Part shown: positions 11,660 to 21,769 of the stretch, one piece after another
Layout: the number at the start of each line of letters is the position of its first letter
How positions within the stretch are numbered: the first letter of the stretch is position 1
Assembly (NCBI GenBank): GCA_963789395.1
Contig: CAWBKP010000019.1
Location: forward strand, 128,001-192,000
Reading direction: 5' to 3'
DNA length: 64,000 nucleotides
Origin: an uncultured delta proteobacterium
GTDB lineage: Bacteria > Desulfobacterota > Desulfobacteria > Desulfobacterales > Desulfatirhabdiaceae
Made by a program: the position numbers and the translations under genes
The notes under the pieces: generated by a model
The model's input: the letters and a program-made list of their open reading frames with translations, nothing else
Database searches by the model: none
Told to the model about the DNA's origin: nothing

Positions 11660-11663
11660 TCCC

Positions 11664-12128
11664 GTGAACAAATATTTCTGGACAGTCCTTTGCGTCTTTC
11701 TGCTTTCCGCCAGCACCGGCTGGGGAATCAGCGGCGAAGACATCCATCGGCTCACCAAGGCGGGGCTGGGCGCGGATACGATTCAATTGATCATCAAGGA
11801 AAAAGTCATTGAAACCTGCGCCTTTACCGTTCAGGAGCTGATAGATCTCAAGACCAAGGCAAGGCTTTCGGAAAAAACGCTGCAGGTTCTGATCGCCGAG
11901 GGCTCCTTCCTCAAAGACCGCTCACCGGTGGTATATGGGCTGGACGATGTCAAGCCGGTCAACCTGACCACGGTTTCAGACATCATCAAACTCAAGCAGG
12001 CAGGCGTCGGTGATGATACGATACAGGCCATCATTGTCTCCGGATCAGACGCCCGAAGCGCCTCGGATCGGGATAACGCCTGGCGGATGCTGAACAATAT
12101 GGGGATTGTCGTTGATACGCGAAAATGA
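11664..12128 (+). CDS. Hypothetical exported protein with three short helical repeats
   Basis: Signal-peptide-like N-terminus; repeats DIHRLTKAGLGADTIQLII / ELIDLKTKARLSEKTLQVLI / DIIKLKQAGVGDDTIQAII; tight operon spacing. Confidence 0.75.
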   Translation: MNKYFWTVLCVFLLSASTGWGISGEDIHRLTKAGLGADTIQLIIKEKVIETCAFTVQELIDLKTKARLSEKTLQVLIAEGSFLKDRSPVVYGLDDVKPVNLTTVSDIIKLKQAGVGDDTIQAIIVSGSDARSASDRDNAWRMLNNMGIVVDTRK

Positions 12129-12649
12129 TCATGGGTGATTCCTCTCAGGCACTGACACCGGCAAATTATTTTCTGGAACCCGGTTATGTGGTCATGCCAG
12201 CCAGTCCGACGGTTATTTCCGCGGTTCTTGGTTCTGGTGTCTCGATTTGTCTGTATGACCGGAAACGCAAAGTAGGGGGGATGAACAGCTTTCAGCTTCC
12301 GCTGATCCGAGAAAAAGGAAAAACAACAACCCGGTTCGGCAATGTGGCAGTCAGGACATTGATTCGCATGATGGTGGAAGATGGCTCCAAGATCAAGAAT
12401 CTCGAGGCGCAGATTTTAGGTGGAGCACACAATCCGGAACTGTCGCATCAGAATATGGGGCAGGAAAATATCAGAATCGCCCGCAGAATACTGGCCAGAG
12501 AAAAAATTACTGTGACATCGGAGGATACCGGCGGCAGCAAGGGCCGGAAAATTGTGTTTTCCACCCACACCAACGAAATTGCTGTGCTGAAAGTTGAAAA
12601 ACTCCGAAAGTCAGACTGGTTTCCGTACGAGGGCGACAGAAACCCATGA
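12125..12649 (+). CDS. cheD: CheD-family protein, second copy (catalytic Cys/His replaced)
   Basis: YFLEPG, VLGSGVSICLYD, GGMNSF, EDTGGSKGRKIVF. Confidence 0.88.
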   Translation: MIMGDSSQALTPANYFLEPGYVVMPASPTVISAVLGSGVSICLYDRKRKVGGMNSFQLPLIREKGKTTTRFGNVAVRTLIRMMVEDGSKIKNLEAQILGGAHNPELSHQNMGQENIRIARRILAREKITVTSEDTGGSKGRKIVFSTHTNEIAVLKVEKLRKSDWFPYEGDRNP

Positions 12650-12831
12650 CGGTCCCGGTATGTCAATACTGCCGGCATTATCACATTACATGGGATAAGC
12701 GCCAGCCCCATGGGTGCAAAGCATTCGGGTTTAAAAGCCGGGAAATTCCAGGCAGAGTGGTGGAACAAAATTCACCCGGAAAATCTTGCCAGCTGTTTGT
12801 GAAAAAGAATAAGCAACCGCCTTTGCGTTGA
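12646..12831 (+). CDS. Small Cys-rich protein
   Basis: CQYCRHYHITWD...GCKAFGFKS...C; ATGA overlap with upstream gene. Confidence 0.75.
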   Translation: MTVPVCQYCRHYHITWDKRQPHGCKAFGFKSREIPGRVVEQNSPGKSCQLFVKKNKQPPLR

Positions 12832-12882
12832 GATCCACTTCTTCAGTAATTCCCCGGTGTGCGCCCGTCACGCCGCAATATA

Positions 12883-13101
12883 TCAGAGCAGATATTCCAG
12901 CCGTCTTTCCCCCTGAAATTTCGAATGGAGAACCCAAAAGATGTCGTCCGCCGTGGACGCGTAGATCAGCTGGCGAGAAATCAGCGTCATTTTTCCGTCA
13001 TATTGTTTTTTATTGGCGGGAAGCGACCTGGGAAGGGGGGGCGCTGGATCTTTGTGATGGCTGTTGTAAAGAAAATAAGTCGTGTTTAAATTGGTTTTCA
13101 T
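12883..13101 (-). CDS. Possible small hypothetical protein (72 aa)
   Basis: GGAGG RBS just upstream of ATG (MKTNLNTT...); no recognisable homology. Confidence 0.3.
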   Translation of the reverse strand: MKTNLNTTYFLYNSHHKDPAPPLPRSLPANKKQYDGKMTLISRQLIYASTADDIFWVLHSKFQGERRLEYLL

Positions 13102-13168
13102 CAAGACCTCCATGTCTTTTTGGGAAAAAAAGCGTTGCAGCCAGCCTGCAAGCCTGTTTGTTTACACA

Positions 13169-13187
13169 CAGGGGTTGCGCCCCCCTG
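13169..13187 (-). terminator. Hairpin downstream of cheW
   Basis: CAGGGG...CCCCTG inverted repeat about 16 bp after the cheW stop; weak U-tract. Confidence 0.4.
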
Positions 13188-13203
13188 CTTTGAATGGCGG
13201 TTG

Positions 13204-13719
13204 TCAATCGCTTTTCTCAATCGCCACAAGATCCTGGGAGCTCAAGACCTTATCTATGTCCAGTAGAATCTTGACACTGCCTCCCATTTTGGCCATACCC
13301 AGAATATAATCGGTATTGACACGGGTTCCAAATGCAGGTGTATTCTCAACATCCTCTCCTTTGATATTGAGAACCTCTGAAACGGCATCCACGACGATGC
13401 CGATTTTGATGGCACCGGATTGACCGGAAATCTCCACCACGATAATGCAGGTCCGCTCCGAATAGTCGATTGCAGGTATTCCGAATTTCAAACGCAGATC
13501 CACCACCGGAATAACCTTTCCCCGTAGATTGACCACACCTTTGACAAAGGAAGGGGTCTGTGGAACCGAAGTGATCGGCATCATTCCTATGATTTCCTTG
13601 ATTTTAAGGATTCCGATACCGTAGTCTTCACTGGCCAGCGTAAATGTCAGATACTTGCCTTCGCGATTGTTGAGGGGGGATGAAATTTCATCCGTTGATC
13701 CTGCCGTGCCTTTTTCCAT
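13204..13719 (-). CDS. cheW: Chemotaxis coupling protein CheW
   Basis: KYLTFTL, VPQTPSFVKGVVNLRGKVIPVVDLR, GIVVDAVSEV. Confidence 0.97.
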   Translation of the reverse strand: MEKGTAGSTDEISSPLNNREGKYLTFTLASEDYGIGILKIKEIIGMMPITSVPQTPSFVKGVVNLRGKVIPVVDLRLKFGIPAIDYSERTCIIVVEISGQSGAIKIGIVVDAVSEVLNIKGEDVENTPAFGTRVNTDYILGMAKMGGSVKILLDIDKVLSSQDLVAIEKSD

Positions 13720-13814
13720 TTACGATTCTCCCAACTCGGGTTTGTGTATTGATAATAGGCTCCGTAAGGCCCAGGAGCATTGCCCCTGATGCAGGAGGCT
13801 GTCAATTTTTGGTA

Positions 13815-14117
13815 TTATCCAAGAGATCCCCGTACCTGCATCAAGAGCGTCTGAATGTCAAACGGTTTATAGATGAACGCCTTGATCAGACCCGCCAGTT
13901 CATGAGAATAGGGTTCGTTCTTGGTATAACCACTGGCGGTAATGATCTTTATATCCGGATTCATCTCTTCGATACTGTATTTTCCTCCCATTCCCGGTAT
14001 GTTCAGATCTATGCTCACCACGTGAATGAGAGATTGATTGTTGCGAGTAATCGCAAGCTCGGTTTCTCCAATTATTTTGTTCGTTTTTTGCCAGCCGCTC
14101 GGCGCAAGATTCCACAA
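13815..14117 (-). pseudogene. Receiver-domain remnant
   Basis: DLNIPGMGG...PDIKIITASGY...AFIYKPF; no recognisable N-terminal acidic strand. Confidence 0.55.
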
Positions 14118-14250
14118 TCCGCTGCTGTTTATTCAGATCGGTGTGTGGCTGGAGTTCGTTGGCGATCATTTGATTTCCTAAGGGTTTAAGGTGGAGAAAC
14201 AGGATTTCCTCACTTCTTGCCGTGGCATGCGATTTTTTGATAGAAGATTA

Positions 14251-16179
14251 TTAAAAATCCTTAAAATCCGCCTCATCAAAGGGAATGATCTGATCCGGAT
14301 GCACTTCCTTTTTCAGCGGGAACCGGGGCTGAGTTGATGGAAGATTCCTGGAGGGTGTCGACGGACGGATCGGTTTCTGCAGTTTGGGGGAGCGGGTGAT
14401 CTGAGGCTTTTTGAGTTGTTGTGTTGTGCTGCCGCCGCCGCTGATCAGGGCAACCAGATCGTTCACGATGCCTTTCATCTGCTCTGCCTGGGCATTCATT
14501 TCTTCTGAAGCAGAGGCAGACTCCTCGGCGGTGGCGGCGTTTTGCTGGGTGACCTTGTCCATTTCGGAGACAGCAATGTTCACCTGTTCGATTCCCTTGG
14601 CCTGCTCGCTGGAGGCGGCTGCGATTTCACTGATCAGATCCCTGATTTTGGTGGTGCTCTCCGCGACACGGGAAAAAACCGAGTTGCTCCGGTTGACATG
14701 CTCCGAGCCTTCCCGGACTTTCTTGGAAGTTCCCTCAATCAGGCTTGCGGTGGTTTTGGCAGCGTCGGCAGCCCGCAGGGCCAGGTTTCTCACTTCGTCG
14801 GCCACAACGGCGAATCCGGCACCGGCTTCTCCGGCCCTGGCCGCTTCGACCGCAGCGTTCAGCGCGAGAAGATTGGTCTGAAACGCGATTTCATCAATGG
14901 TTTTGATGATTTTTGAGGTTTCATCACTTGCTTTCAGGATATCGGACATGGATGCCGTCAATTCGGACATGGATGCTGAAGCCGACTGAACGCTGACAGT
15001 CGCCTCTTTCATCAGTGCATGGGCTTGGCCGGCATTGTTGGCATTCTGTTTGGTCATGGAAGACATCTCCTCCAGTGACGCGGATGTTTCTTGAATGGAG
15101 GCCGCCTGTTCCGAAGATCCTTCAGCCAGGGTCTGGCTGGCGGCAGACACCTCGCCGGCTGCGGATGCAACCTGATCCGCGCCTTCATTGAGCCCTTCGA
15201 TGATCTGATGGATGGGCTTTGATATGGTCCGGCTGAAAATCCAGATGCCTGCCAGGGCGATTCCCAGAAAAATGACGGAGAGCAGAAGCATGGTTTTTCG
15301 CAAGGCCGTCACCGAGCCCATGAATTCCTCCGTCGGCTGGGTGACGCCGATGCTCCATCCGGTCAGATCAACAGGAGCAAAGCCGGCGATTTTATCTATA
15401 CCTTCAAAGGTATATGCCTCAACGCCGGTCTGGTGCCCAAGCATTTTATCCATAATCGACTTCATGTCCTTTAACGTGGCCAGATTGAGCTCAAGAATGT
15501 GTTTGGTATTGGGATGGACAATGATGAGGCCGCTTCGATCCACCATAAAGGGGTATCCTGACTTTCCAACCTTGACAGCCAGTATTTTTTCAGACAATAA
15601 ATCCATTTTGAGGACTATTGCCAGTGCTCCGGAGAACTGTCCAGCCGGTGAAAAAACCGGGATGCAAATGGGGAGGACCGGGTTTCCGGTTTTTTTGGAT
15701 TTTACCGGAGTCGACAGATTGATTTTGTTGGCTTTGGCGTCCTGGAAATAGGATCGGTCCTGTATGGAGAGTCCTTTATAGCTTCCGCCCACACTGTCGG
15801 CATAAACGAGGCCTTCGGCATTACAGACAATGATGCTTTCGTAATTTTCCCCGATCTGCTTCATTGTATTGACCAGCTTCTGTTCCAGTCGCGCAATGTC
15901 CCCCGACGCGCTGGCAATGCCGCCTTCGGCCACCTTGGTTGCAACATCGGTGGTGGTGTTTCCAACAGCCAGATCCTTGGCAAGCTTTATTTCTTCCTGC
16001 AATACCATCTGGGTTAAAGCGGCCAGGCTCTTTGCAATGTTTTCTGAGTTTTGCTGATATGCTGCTTTCAGGTCTCTGGACAATTGCACGTCTGAAAAGA
16101 CGGCGAATGCCAGAAGCGGCAGCAATACGCATAATGTGCCGCCTGCCAGAAGTTTGAAATTGAGACTTCGCTTTTTCAT
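14251..16179 (-). CDS. Methyl-accepting chemotaxis protein with Cache-type sensor
   Basis: Two TM segments, Cache-like DRSYFQ / GYPFMVD...VHP, signalling [35 protein letters not shown]-terminal pentapeptide-like DFKDF. Confidence 0.96.
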   Translation of the reverse strand: MKKRSLNFKLLAGGTLCVLLPLLAFAVFSDVQLSRDLKAAYQQNSENIAKSLAALTQMVLQEEIKLAKDLAVGNTTTDVATKVAEGGIASASGDIARLEQKLVNTMKQIGENYESIIVCNAEGLVYADSVGGSYKGLSIQDRSYFQDAKANKINLSTPVKSKKTGNPVLPICIPVFSPAGQFSGALAIVLKMDLLSEKILAVKVGKSGYPFMVDRSGLIIVHPNTKHILELNLATLKDMKSIMDKMLGHQTGVEAYTFEGIDKIAGFAPVDLTGWSIGVTQPTEEFMGSVTALRKTMLLLSVIFLGIALAGIWIFSRTISKPIHQIIEGLNEGADQVASAAGEVSAASQTLAEGSSEQAASIQETSASLEEMSSMTKQNANNAGQAHALMKEATVSVQSASASMSELTASMSDILKASDETSKIIKTIDEIAFQTNLLALNAAVEAARAGEAGAGFAVVADEVRNLALRAADAAKTTASLIEGTSKKVREGSEHVNRSNSVFSRVAESTTKIRDLISEIAAASSEQAKGIEQVNIAVSEMDKVTQQNAATAEESASASEEMNAQAEQMKGIVNDLVALISGGGSTTQQLKKPQITRSPKLQKPIRPSTPSRNLPSTQPRFPLKKEVHPDQIIPFDEADFKDF

Positions 16180-16297
16180 TACGTTCTTCTCCCCAAAGGT
16201 ATTGTTTTATATATTAATAATATTAATCGGATAATAAAATATTGCGTGGGAAAGCATCTGTTTTTGTCAAAGAAATATCCTTGCTGCTTGATCCTGT

Positions 16298-16324
16298 TTA
16301 TCGGCAGTCTGAAGAAAAACTTGA
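16298..16324 (-). promoter_or_regulatory. Sigma28 (FliA) promoter for the MCP
   Basis: Minus strand TCAA-N15-GCCGATAA about 120 bp upstream of the MCP start. Confidence 0.8.
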
Positions 16325-16520
16325 GTAGAAAATTCGACAGAAGAGACCAGGATGTAAAAACAGAGTGGACGTCCTCGGCTTCACACATCTTGAATGGGGT
16401 TGATTTGATACCCCGCATACTATAAAATCGAAAGCAGGATTATTTGCACACTTTGGTGAGGATATATGGACAGCCATTTTCAGGAAACATTCGACTCCGC
16501 TTTCGGTTGATGAACAACAA

Positions 16521-18107
16521 GTGCAGGATTTTTGCCGTATTTTTGAAGGCGATTGCCTTACATCCATACTGGATGGAAGCCCCATGTCCACAGTTGTTAT
16601 CAACACGGATCACCATGTGGTGATTTGGAACCGGGCTTGTGAAATCCTGACCGGTGTCCACAGAGAAAAAGCGTTGAATCAACCTGTGGATTCCCGGATT
16701 TTTTACAGCGGGCAATACCGGCCCCTTCTGGTGGATCTGGTTTTGGACCAGGATGAAATCGCGATGCGCCGGTGGTATGACAAGAAAAATCTTGCCAAAT
16801 GCGCCGACATTTCCGAAGCCTATGAAGCTTCGGATGAACTGGTTATTCAAGGAGAGAAACGCAATCTCTATTTTATGGCGGCTGTAGTCCGGGACACCAC
16901 CGGTAAAGTCGTCGGGGCAATCGAGACGATTCAAGATATTACCGATCGCAGCCAGTTGTTGAATCAATTGTACCAGTCGCAGAAAATGGAGGCCCTGGGA
17001 GCCCTGATTGCCGGCGTGGCCCATGAAATCAACAATCCGATCAACCTCATCATGTACAATATTCCCCTTCTGGAAAAAATCTGGCAGGACGTTCTGCCAG
17101 TTCTCAAGGAACAGGCTTTACTGAATCCTCAGAAAAAATACGGAGGCCTGCGGCATGAATTTATCGACCATCATCTGATGCAGCTTATTTCCGATATGGA
17201 CATGGCTGCAAAACGGGTGGCGACAATCGTCACAGGGCTGAAAAGCTTTTCAAGATTCTCAACCCAGTCGGAGAAAATTCCGCTTCAGATCAATCTTGCT
17301 GTTGATAATGCCTTGCGGCTCTCACAATCCACCTTGCGTAAACGGAATGTCGAAATCGATCTGGATCTGGAAAACGATCTTCCAGTCATACAGGGGAATC
17401 TGCAGAATATTGAACAGGTCATCCTGAACTTGATCATCAATGCGGCGCAGGCCATTGAGCATGATTGCGGAAAGATCCGGATTTCCACTCGGCTTCAGCC
17501 GCAGGATGGCGATATCCGAATATCGGTATCGGACAATGGCAAAGGGGTAAATCCGGCCATTGCCGGCAAACTCTTTGACCCCTTTATCACGGATAAGCAA
17601 GAAAAAGGGGGAACCGGACTGGGGCTGTCCGTGTCCTATAACCTCATCAAGTCACATGGTGGGGGCATATCTTTTGAGAGTGCTCAGGGGAAAGGCGCAA
17701 CATTTCATGTGTTTTTACCGTCTGTGCTAAAGCGTAAACCCTTACGGATTCTGGTCGTGGATGACGACCCTGCAATCCGGGAAATGTTACGGGAAGTGCT
17801 GGTCCAGCGGTGTTCCTACATTGTCGAAGAGGCCTCAAATGGCATTGAAGCATGCATCCGTCTGGGATCTCACCGCCCGGATCTTCTGGTCATGGATTTG
17901 TTTATGCCGGAAATGAATGGTGTTGAGGTCTGCAGGGTGATCAAAAATGATCCGGTTCTCTCGGATATGAAAATCATGATGATTACCGGCCACGAAGGCC
18001 ATCCGCTACTGGGCGATATTTCTGAATTTGGTTTTATCGATATTCTTTACAAACCGTTTAAGCTGGAAGATTTCGTAATACGGGTCGACAATATTCTGAT
18101 GAAATAA
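16521..18107 (+). CDS. PAS-HisKA-HATPase-receiver hybrid histidine kinase (true start possibly ATG 16466 via an indel)
   Basis: PAS WNRACE; AGVAHEINNP; QVILNLIINA; DNGKG; GTGLGL; C-terminal receiver VVDDD / DLFMP / KPF. Confidence 0.93.
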   Translation: MQDFCRIFEGDCLTSILDGSPMSTVVINTDHHVVIWNRACEILTGVHREKALNQPVDSRIFYSGQYRPLLVDLVLDQDEIAMRRWYDKKNLAKCADISEAYEASDELVIQGEKRNLYFMAAVVRDTTGKVVGAIETIQDITDRSQLLNQLYQSQKMEALGALIAGVAHEINNPINLIMYNIPLLEKIWQDVLPVLKEQALLNPQKKYGGLRHEFIDHHLMQLISDMDMAAKRVATIVTGLKSFSRFSTQSEKIPLQINLAVDNALRLSQSTLRKRNVEIDLDLENDLPVIQGNLQNIEQVILNLIINAAQAIEHDCGKIRISTRLQPQDGDIRISVSDNGKGVNPAIAGKLFDPFITDKQEKGGTGLGLSVSYNLIKSHGGGISFESAQGKGATFHVFLPSVLKRKPLRILVVDDDPAIREMLREVLVQRCSYIVEEASNGIEACIRLGSHRPDLLVMDLFMPEMNGVEVCRVIKNDPVLSDMKIMMITGHEGHPLLGDISEFGFIDILYKPFKLEDFVIRVDNILMK

Positions 18108-18171
18108 CATGGCAGGCCAGAGGCTTTATCGCGTCCTGCCCTTTTCCCAATTGTTATAATAACGAGGTCAA

Positions 18172-19588
18172 ATGGAATCCGTTTCTGAACTGCCCCCCAT
18201 TCTTGTCGTTGATGATGATCCAGGGCTCTTGCTGAGCATCAAAGCCACACTGCTCAGCGCGGATCTGCCGGAGCCGGACACGATTTCCGACAGCAGGCTG
18301 GTGATGGATCGGGTTCGCAATAATGCTTATAAAATCATACTTCTGGATCTGCTCATGCCGCATATCAACGGCATGGAACTTCTGGAGATGATAAAAAAAG
18401 AGTTCCCGGAAACAGTCTGCCTGATTGTTACCGCAACAGATGAGGTTTCCACGGCGATTCAGGCTATCAGGCTTGGGTGCGTATGATTATCTGGTAAAAC
18501 CGGTTAACGGCGAAAAGCTGGTGATGATCATTCAGCGGGCGTTGAAGCGGTACCATGTTCGCAAAGAAGTTGCACGGTTTGCCGACAGGCAGTCTTTTTC
18601 AGATTTGGCCAATCCCCAGGCATTCAATGATATAGTGGCGGAAGACAAATTGATGGCACTGGTTTTCTGCCAGGTCGAGGCGGTCGCGCCAACCGATTAC
18701 AGCGTGGTCATTACCGGCGAGTCGGGTACGGGTAAGGAAATGATGGCCCGTATGATTCATCAATTGAGTTGTCGCGCATCCGGGCCCTTTATCGCTGTCA
18801 ATATGGCCGCATTTACCCAGACCCTTTTTGAAGACGAGTTTTTCGGACACACCAAAGGTGCTTATACCCATGCAGTCAGCGATAAAAAGGGGTTCTTCGA
18901 AGCGGCTCATGGCGGAACGCTCTTTCTGGACGAAATTACCGAACTGGCTCCGCCGCTGCAGGGAAAACTGCTTCGGGTCATACAGGAAAAAGAATTTTAC
19001 CGGTTGGGCAGCACCAGCAGCAAGAGCATTGACGTCCGCATTCTGGCGGCTACCAACCGGGATATTCTCGATGAGGTAAAAACAGAACGTTTCAGAGCGG
19101 ATCTGTTCTACAGGTTGAGCATGTACACCATCAAAATTCCGCCGCTCCGAGAGCGGAAAAAAGATATTCTTCCCCTTGCCCGGCATTTTGTTCAAAAATA
19201 TGGAAACAATAGGGCTGCCCCCATTACATCCCTTTCCCCTGAACTGGAACAACGCCTTCTGGAGTATGATTTCCCCGGAAATATTCGGGAGCTGGAGAAC
19301 ATGATGGCATCGGCTGTTCTGCTGGAAAAATCGCAAGCGCTGACGCTTTCATCGGTTCGCAGTCTGCATGCCGGTCCCCATGTGTTGTCTGGCAAGGGCA
19401 GCGAGCTGATGACTCTTGAAGACATGGAAAAAGAGCACATCCTTCGGGTGCTGCAGGAAACCGGAGGAAACCGGAAAAAAGCCGCCGTTATTTTGGGGAT
19501 CAACACGGCAACGGTTTATAGAAAAATTGAAAAATATCGGATTTCCGATAACCGCTTCAGGGATGATGAAATGCCGGAAGATGGCTGA
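18172..19588 (+). CDS. Sigma54-dependent response regulator (REC-AAA+-Fis HTH), frameshift near 18475
   Basis: REC ends AIQAIRLG and continues GAYDYLVKP in another frame; GESGTGKE, LFLDEI, FRADLFYRL, PGNIRELEN, HTH. Confidence 0.92.
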
Positions 19589-19615
19589 TTGGGCTGCTTT
19601 TTCAAGATAAAACCG

Positions 19616-20473
19616 TCAGATGGTGGTTTTGATATGGTCAATGACCCGGTTCACATATTGGCGGGTTTCACTGTAGGGGACATTGCCGTTATACCGTTTG
19701 ACGGTTTCAGGGCCGGCATTATAGGCAGAAAGCGCCTGTCTGACATTTCCGTCAAACAAATCCATCATTTTTTTTAAATAGCGAACGCCTCCGTCAATGT
19801 TTTGCTTGATATCGAACGGATTTTCAACCCCCAGGTCTCTGGCGGTTCCGGGCATCAACTGCATCAGACCCTGTGCGCCTGCAGGGGAAACCGCATTTGC
19901 ATCATAATTGGATTCCGCCTTGATAACCCCTTTGATCAGCTTGGGGGAAAGTTGATATTGGGCGGCTGCTTCGTGTATGGCTTTTTCAATTTCAAAGCTG
20001 TTTATGTTGGAACGTAAACTTTTGCCGGATGTGGGCACAGGTGTTTTCAGGGAATTTATTAAGCCGTGGCTGGATTTATTCTGCGCCCGGTCTTTGGTCC
20101 CAGTTTCAAGGCAAACGGCCGACTGCTTGTCCGGTGTTTCAGAACCAAGAAGATATTCTGAAGCCTCTTTGTATGCCGTGATGCCACGCGATGGATTTGA
20201 ATGGGCTGTTTGAGAACCTGAAGGCAATCGTCTTGACGGGCGGTTATAGGGGCATGCGACCGGACGCAACCGGTAGTCCGCGATTGAGAGCCCTTTTGCG
20301 ATTTTGGGTTCGGTTTGCTGCGGCAACTTTTTAAATGTTGAAAGAATGCCATTAAAATCCGCAGTGGCCGCCTGTGTTTCTTTTTGGGGCTTCAGATCCT
20401 GCCGGATCACCTTGATTCTTCCAGAGGCTTTATTTATATAATCTTCGATTGTCATTCTTGATTCGATTGCCAT
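19616..20473 (-). CDS. Lytic transglycosylase (SLT domain)
   Basis: IKAESNY, AVSPAGAQGLMQLMP, AYNAG, ETRQYV. Confidence 0.92.
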   Translation of the reverse strand: MAIESRMTIEDYINKASGRIKVIRQDLKPQKETQAATADFNGILSTFKKLPQQTEPKIAKGLSIADYRLRPVACPYNRPSRRLPSGSQTAHSNPSRGITAYKEASEYLLGSETPDKQSAVCLETGTKDRAQNKSSHGLINSLKTPVPTSGKSLRSNINSFEIEKAIHEAAAQYQLSPKLIKGVIKAESNYDANAVSPAGAQGLMQLMPGTARDLGVENPFDIKQNIDGGVRYLKKMMDLFDGNVRQALSAYNAGPETVKRYNGNVPYSETRQYVNRVIDHIKTTI

Positions 20474-20727
20474 TTTTATCTCTCTGAGACGCTATAGGGA
20501 TAATATCCTTTTTCACAATTGACAGATGATAGGCACGCCAGTTTTTTGGCGCTACAGATATTTATTTGACACAGACAGTTGGCGCTGCATTCACCATGCT
20601 ATCCGGAAGATTTGCGTAATTCAATATAATTGGCAACATTTCATAAACAGTGTCTAAACGGAAAGCCGGTTTCTAACAACGTGAAGGCATGTAATCCGAA
20701 ACCATATCGATTTCCTTCCCCAAGACG

Positions 20728-21493
20728 TTACGGCGACTTTTGGTGTGATTTTGTAATCTGCAGCGTCGAAAACGAAAAAAACAATGTAATGCAGCAAACG
20801 GTTATCAAGGAAAATTTCAATAATAATCGGGCGATGATTCCCACGATGTCATGCGTGGAATCGTGCTGCGGTGCATATTCCGGGGTGGATTTATTAGAGA
20901 CCGTCTGAATCTCCCCGTATTTTTCGCCTGCGGCGGGCGCTGTATCATCACAAACAAATTGGGGGTCGGTCGTTGTGTCGTCATCAAGAAGCTGAAGGTG
21001 AGCCTCAGACAATAACGGGGTCAGGTCGGCAGGCATCAGTGGTTCTGAAATGATGGGTTCCTGTTTTTCGGGGGTTTCGGCAATTTGTTCCTCATGAGGC
21101 GATGGCGGGGCGTTTATGGAAACGAAGACCTCTGATGATAGCGGCTTGGCAATCGGCTGCTCTGCGTGGTTACCGTCGGATCGTTGCCGCTGCGACTTGG
21201 CGGAAGCGGATTGCTTCGTCCGTTTGCTGATGGTTTGCTGTAACTGTAGTTTGGCGGATAAAGGTAGCTCGGCCGGGAGATTTACGGGAGGTTGCAACCG
21301 TTCATGGGGCGACTCCGTCGATAGCTTCGACATAACGATTTTCCCACCGCCATCGGCAAGATGTCTGGAATTGACACGGGGCGTCGTTGTTGCGGAAGAA
21401 GCGTCATCACCCATTCCCGGACCAGGAAGAATCAAAATCCACAATACCAAACACCCGGCAATCCGGGTGATATACCGACGATGCAAATTCATG
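20728..21493 (-). CDS. Hypothetical protein: N-terminal hydrophobic segment, Pro/Ser/Glu-rich linker, C-terminal TM
   Basis: ORF of about 254 aa from MNLHRR; hydrophobic segments at both ends; sigma54 promoter upstream. Confidence 0.55.
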
Positions 21494-21573
21494 AATGCAG
21501 GCCTCCTTTTCAACGGGTCCAAATCATATGCGGGCAGGATGCTGAACTTAAATGCAATTGTTCACTAAAATAT

Positions 21574-21588
21574 GCAATAAAAGTGCCA
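21574..21588 (-). promoter_or_regulatory. Sigma54 promoter
   Basis: Minus strand TGGCAC-TTTTA-TTGC, exact -24/-12 consensus. Confidence 0.85.
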
Positions 21589-21769
21589 TGCTGAAAAAAT
21601 CTGCAGCCCTTATCGTGAATGTCCAATCATTGAAATGAAAATTGTACAGGTGGCGGAAGCCAAGCAACGTTTCGTGGAAATAACAGTGAGAGAAAGGCGA
21701 TATGGGGTGTGTGAGGTGAGAAGCCCTGCAAGATCCCGGCAATGTAAAAAAATAGGTGCCTGACCGCTG

